A stretch of 64,000 nt of DNA from contig CAJVYS010000003.1 in the NCBI GenBank assembly GCA_913009875.1, positions 13,528 through 77,527 on the forward strand, written 5' to 3'. Shown here in pieces: positions 60,100-64,000 of the stretch. The position numbers and the translations under genes were made by a program. Numbering within the stretch: position 1 is the stretch's first letter; each line of letters begins with the position of its first letter. Origin of the DNA: an uncultured Gammaproteobacteria bacterium (GTDB lineage Bacteria; Pseudomonadota; Gammaproteobacteria; SZUA-152). The notes below the pieces were generated by a model. The model did no database searches. It saw only the letters and a program-made list of their open reading frames with translations, and was not told where the DNA came from.

Positions 60100-60990
60100 T
60101 TAAATATCCATGGTACCGTAATCAAAAATCGTCTCTATGAAACGGAGAGACAAAGCAAAGCATACGGCACGTTACGAACAATTATCTTCATCGGAAAACA
60201 AGGCAAACAGATCCCTGTAATAAGCACAAACCTGACATTAAGCGCCGCTGAAATTGTTGCTCGGTTACAGAAGAGATGGGTAGAAGAGAACGGATTCAAA
60301 TATATGGATGAACATTACAATATTGATCTATTGACCACCTATGAAACAGAAGAGGCCCCCGACAAAATAATGAGCAGGCCTAACCCAGATCGTAAAGCCG
60401 CGAACAGAGCCATAGCAGAAAAGAAAACGGAGCTCAAAGAATTAAAAGAAAAATATGCCACGAAACTAAATGAAACAAAAGATAAAGACGAGCTGACCAT
60501 CGCCGCGTTTGAAGAGCAAGAAAAAGAGCTAAAATTGGAAATAAAAACTGCCGAGATGGAGCTGGGGTTACTGGAGTTAAAGCGAAAAGAGATCCCCAGT
60601 AAGGTAGAAAGCAACCTGAAAGAGGAAAGCGTTATCAGCTCTCAAAAACGAAGACTGTTCATCAACTTGGTAAAGACCATGAACTACAATTGTGAAAAAT
60701 GGCTGCAGCTCATTTTTTGTCAATTTCACCCGAAAGCGGATGAAACCTTAAGCCTGATCCGGCATCTCTTGACCCAGCCAGGTCGCATTCGCCAGCGGGG
60801 CCAGATCCTCGAAGTTGAGTTGGAAAGGCTCGATAGTGGGGTACAGGCCAACACGCTAGATAAAGTGTTGGAAAAGTTCAGAGAAGACAATCACTTAAAT
60901 CTTCCTGATGGTCGGAAACTGGTGATTTGGCAAGCGCTGTGACAATTGGGAAACTTAAGATTTCGATACAAGTCTCGTTTGGAGTTCTGA
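60100..60990 (+). mobile_element. Truncated DDE (IS4-like) transposase and right end of the IS
   Basis: Frame open upstream of the 60304 ATG: ISTN...EIV..L.KRWVEENGFKY signature; stop at 60942; element ends at GGAGTTCTGA (60990), where it cuts the Phd gene; AT-rich. Confidence 0.75.
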
Positions 60991-61134
60991 ACTGGCAATA
61001 TCCTGGAGCACCGCCCTGGCTTCGCCGTGTTGTGTGATCACTATGGTACGTTGCCCCTCACTGACGTTTCGCAGAACCTCGGCGGTGTGGCTTTTCAAAT
61101 AGCTGATGGGTTTGACCGATTCACTCAGCTTCAT
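60991..61134 (-). pseudogene. Phd/YefM antitoxin truncated by IS
   Basis: MKLSESVKPISYLKSHTAEVLRNV.E....VITQHGEARAVLQDIAS, then reads into the IS end; operator-like IR CTAAATAT-N5-ATATTTGG at 61166-61186. Confidence 0.82.
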
Positions 61135-61267
61135 GGTTTGTGTTTCCTTATCGGTTTAATTGGTGCTAAATATAGTCCATATTTGGTTCCAGTGTAAAGG
61201 TGGCCGGGTATGACCTCTGCCGAGGTGGAGGCTTTGGATAGTGGCGATTAGCAACAAATTCTGAGCA

Positions 61268-61359
61268 TGGTATCTCTCATGGTATTATCACTGATCACAA
61301 CAATTAACCTATTGATAGTAATGGATGATTTTGGCCCGTTTACAATCGAGTGGGAGTAG
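61268..61359 (+). other. att site: displaced guaA 3' end plus integrase arm-like repeats
   Basis: ACAATCGAGTGGGAGTAG encodes TIEWE*, the GuaA C-terminus, directly upstream of tadA; preceded by TGGTAT-N6-TGGTAT. Confidence 0.75.
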
Positions 61360-61370
61360 GGTGAGCGGCC

Positions 61371-61886
61371 TTGGAAAGCCAAACGATTTCCGCCAGTCAG
61401 AATTTCACTAACGGCACGCCGCGTGACCAGCAGTGGATGCGCCATGCCATGGCGCTGGCGCAACGCGCCGAGGCCTCGGGCGAGGTGCCTGTGGGTGCCG
61501 TTATCGTGCGCGACAACAGCCTGCTGGCCGAAGGCTGGAATCAGCCCATCGGCGCTCATGACCCGACCGCCCACGCCGAGATCATGGCCCTGCGTGCGGC
61601 GGGGCTGACCGCTGCGAATTATCGTCTCACCGGTACCACCTTGTTCGTGACCCTGGAGCCCTGTGTGATGTGCGCCGGCGCCATTGTTCATGCACGAGTC
61701 GCGCGGGTTGTCTATGCGGCCACGGATCCGCGTGCCGGTGCTGCCGGGAGTGTCTTTTCCCTGTTAGAGAATACACCGCTTAATCATCAAGTGAGCGTAC
61801 AAGGCGGGGTGCTGGCCGAAGAATGCAGTGACATGCTGCGGCAGTTTTTTCGTGCACGGCGCAACATGCCGGGGGAGAGGGGATGA
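61371..61886 (+). CDS. tadA: tRNA adenosine(34) deaminase
   Basis: GEVPVGAV, HDPTAHAE, NYRL, TLEPCVMC, LNH, FFRARR. Confidence 0.96.
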   Translation: MESQTISASQNFTNGTPRDQQWMRHAMALAQRAEASGEVPVGAVIVRDNSLLAEGWNQPIGAHDPTAHAEIMALRAAGLTAANYRLTGTTLFVTLEPCVMCAGAIVHARVARVVYAATDPRAGAAGSVFSLLENTPLNHQVSVQGGVLAEECSDMLRQFFRARRNMPGERG

Positions 61887-62047
61887 TTAACTGTGCGTCG
61901 TGGTTTTCTGCTGGTTTCTCCTGCTGCCATCGCTGCTGATATCTGGAAGGTTGTAAAAATGCGGGTGCCGAGACATGGGTTGACTTCTTACGTCTACTTA
62001 TTTCTGGCCTGGAAGTTGAATTAATGGGTGAGTAGCGGTGGTATGTG

Positions 62048-62076
62048 TTGAGCGCGAAATCAATACCGCGTATCCT
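62048..62076 (+). promoter_or_regulatory. Sigma70 promoter of the tRNA gene
   Basis: TTGAGC-17 bp-TATCCT followed by a GC-rich discriminator. Confidence 0.65.
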
Positions 62077-62089
62077 ATGCGCCTTGTTC

Positions 62090-62179
62090 GGAGAGGTGCC
62101 AGAGAGGCCGAATGGGCTTGACTCGAAATCAAGTGAACGCGCGAGCGTTCCGAGGGTTCGAATCCCTCCCTCTCCGCCA
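62090..62179 (+). tRNA. tRNA-Ser(CGA)
   Basis: GGAGAGG acceptor stem, CTTGA-CTCGAAA-TCAAG anticodon arm, long variable arm, GGTTCGAATCC, GCCA end. Confidence 0.97.
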
Positions 62180-62190
62180 AACAGTGAAAC

Positions 62191-62217
62191 AGGCTGCCCG
62201 CTAGGTAGCCTTTTTTA
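62191..62217 (+). terminator. Intrinsic terminator after the tRNA
   Basis: AGGCTGCC...GGTAGCCT hairpin followed by a T run. Confidence 0.7.
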
Positions 62218-62658
62218 TTGTTTCGGAGAAGGATGCCATGATGAGAGCCCGGAGTTCGACGCGCACGAAGTGTGCACAGGGAAAGCGCCATAGCATCGCG
62301 GAGGGACTCCGAAGGGAGGCGCCAGTGGTGCGAAATTCCTGCCTTTTTCGCTCGCCGGCACTGGGCATGAACCCTCCGCTTATCGAAGACCATTACTCTC
62401 CTTTGGCTGCCGATATGATTTTTGTTCATATCTCATACATGCGGTTAGATATGGCCATAATCGATGCGCCATTTCTGACACTTGGTAGGTCTTTCTCGAG
62501 AAATTCTTCACAGGATTATGGCCTTAATTATTTAATTTTTCTGTTATTTTATCTGGCATGAAATGCTACTATTTGTGGGCATATTCCACATTTTGATGTT
62601 TACGAGCTCTCTTTACTTTTTTGATGTTAATTTTAATAAGATAACAAGGAGTTTTCCT

Positions 62659-63492
62659 ATGGATGCATTGCTTAATTCCGATGTAGATTATCTTGGTACC
62701 TACATTATTCCCTGGGCCGTTAATCTTGTTTTGGCGCTGGTCATATTCATTGTCGGGCGCTGGGTTGCGCGAGCGGTGACCAATGCGGTGGGGCGCCTGA
62801 TGAAAAAGGGTGGTATGGATGAGTCCCTGGTCGATTTTCTCGGCAACCTGATTTATGCCGCGCTGTTGGTAGTAGTTATCATCGCGGCGCTGGATCAACT
62901 GGGTGTGGACACCACGTCAGTGATGGCCATCTTTGCGACCGCCGGTCTGGCTGTGGGTTTGGCGCTGAAAGATTCACTCGGCAATCTGGCGGCAGGAGTG
63001 ATGCTGGTGCTGTTCAAGCCTTTCAAACTCGGCGATTTCATCGAGGCGGGTGGCGTAACGGGCGTGGTGGAATCGATCCGTATTTTCAGTACGCTGTTGA
63101 AAACAGGGGATAATCGTGAGATTACGGTGCCCAACGGACAGATCTATGGCGGCACCATCGTCAATTTCAGCGCTCGTGATACGCGCCGTATCGATCTGAT
63201 ATTCGGCATCGGTTATGACGATGATATTCGTCAGGCCAAGCAGTTGATTGAGGAAGTGATGGCGGCCGATGAGCGTATCCTGAAGGATCCGGCCGCGGTG
63301 GTGATGGTTGCGGAGCTGGCCGACAGCAGCGTGAATCTGGCGGTGCGGCCGTGGGTGGAGTCTGCGGACTACTGGAACGTGCGAGCCGCGATGTTGGAGA
63401 ACATAAAGATCACCTTTGACGCTGCCGGAATTTCGATTCCCTATCCGCAAACGGATGTGCATTTGTTTTCGGTGGATGAACAGGCCGCCTGA
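62659..63492 (+). CDS. mscS: Small-conductance mechanosensitive channel
   Basis: GLAVGLALKDSLGNLAAG, KPFKLGD, VPNG, RRIDL, IPYPQ; AAGGAG RBS. Confidence 0.93.
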   Translation: MDALLNSDVDYLGTYIIPWAVNLVLALVIFIVGRWVARAVTNAVGRLMKKGGMDESLVDFLGNLIYAALLVVVIIAALDQLGVDTTSVMAIFATAGLAVGLALKDSLGNLAAGVMLVLFKPFKLGDFIEAGGVTGVVESIRIFSTLLKTGDNREITVPNGQIYGGTIVNFSARDTRRIDLIFGIGYDDDIRQAKQLIEEVMAADERILKDPAAVVMVAELADSSVNLAVRPWVESADYWNVRAAMLENIKITFDAAGISIPYPQTDVHLFSVDEQAA

Positions 63493-63518
63493 TATTCTGC
63501 GGGAATCCTGATCTGGAT

Positions 63519-63545
63519 GAAGGGGGCTTTTCAGCCCCCTTTTTC
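63519..63545. terminator. Intrinsic terminator
   Basis: AAGGGGGCT-TTTC-AGCCCCCTT followed by a T run. Confidence 0.8.
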
Positions 63546-63581
63546 TTTGTCTGCAATGCCGGTGTGGGCCGCGGGTAAGGG

Positions 63582-63893
63582 CTATTCGGTTGTACGGGTG
63601 AGACAGCGTGTGGTGTTTGTCTTCGCCTTGTTAACGCATGCCAAGTAGCTCTGCGGCTCATCCTGATACAGCCGGGTGCATATCTCATAACTGCGGATCA
63701 GGGCCCAGTTGCACTCCATCTGTTGTTCAATTCGTTGCAGGGCCGCCCGCTGTCTGTCGTTACCCTGCTCCTGTTTATCGATGTCTTCGAGCAGTTGACG
63801 GAGCGCCTGCTCCGTTTGAGGTGTAGTGACTTCCGCCGCACCGGCAAGCGAAAGGGACAGTAGGAACAAAAAGGTGCTGCGAAGAATAATCAT
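63582..63893 (-). CDS. Hypothetical exported helical protein with four Cys
   Basis: Signal peptide MIILRSTFLFLLSLSLAGA, coiled coil, four Cys. Confidence 0.6.
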   Translation of the reverse strand: MIILRSTFLFLLSLSLAGAAEVTTPQTEQALRQLLEDIDKQEQGNDRQRAALQRIEQQMECNWALIRSYEICTRLYQDEPQSYLACVNKAKTNTTRCLTRTTE

Positions 63894-64000
63894 TGTGGCT
63901 GCATCTGCGATCAAACGGTTAAGAGTAGCAAATGCGGTGGCTGGCGTGCAGGCCCTTGGACCCCAGTTTGTCACTGCCTGGATGGGGCGGGTCTGGCGAT

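Noticed and set aside
62090-62179. tRNA-Ser as the island's integration site
   Set aside because: tadA lies between the tRNA and the island, there is no adjacent integrase, and I saw no tRNA 3' duplicate at the left border.

Overview
Gammaproteobacterial chromosome segment. The left part (1-23.9 kb) carries an ECF sigma/DUF3619/DUF3106/beta-barrel cluster bracketed by REPINs, an Atm1-type ABC exporter, a cytochrome c-MCP-MauG-like peroxidase-cupredoxin-diheme cytochrome cluster, traB, efpL, an ABC exporter and the core mutL-(TA module)-amiB-tsaE-nnr/queG locus, followed by an FNR-box-preceded hemerythrin/PAS gene. A ~37 kb accessory island (~24.1-61.36 kb) opens with a RAYT remnant and a 5'-truncated RND pump. 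It carries PDH E1a/E1b/E2 without E3, ppsA, eno, gpmA, a K+-independent H+-PPase, stress and envelope genes, a decaying DevBCA exporter, a CPA2 antiporter and an Mrp/Mnh antiporter operon. It ends in AbiEii, transposase and Phd debris and an orphan guaA-type att site. Core tadA, tRNA-Ser(CGA) and mscS follow. The most striking feature is a palindromic repeat family (six units of 137, 101 or 50 bp) sitting exactly at three ATGA stop/start junctions of the mrp operon. Every unit length is 2 mod 3, so each unit is a stop-free mini-ORF running from one ATGA to the next, which would preserve translational coupling across the insertion. Family assignments are from motif recognition only; no database search was run.
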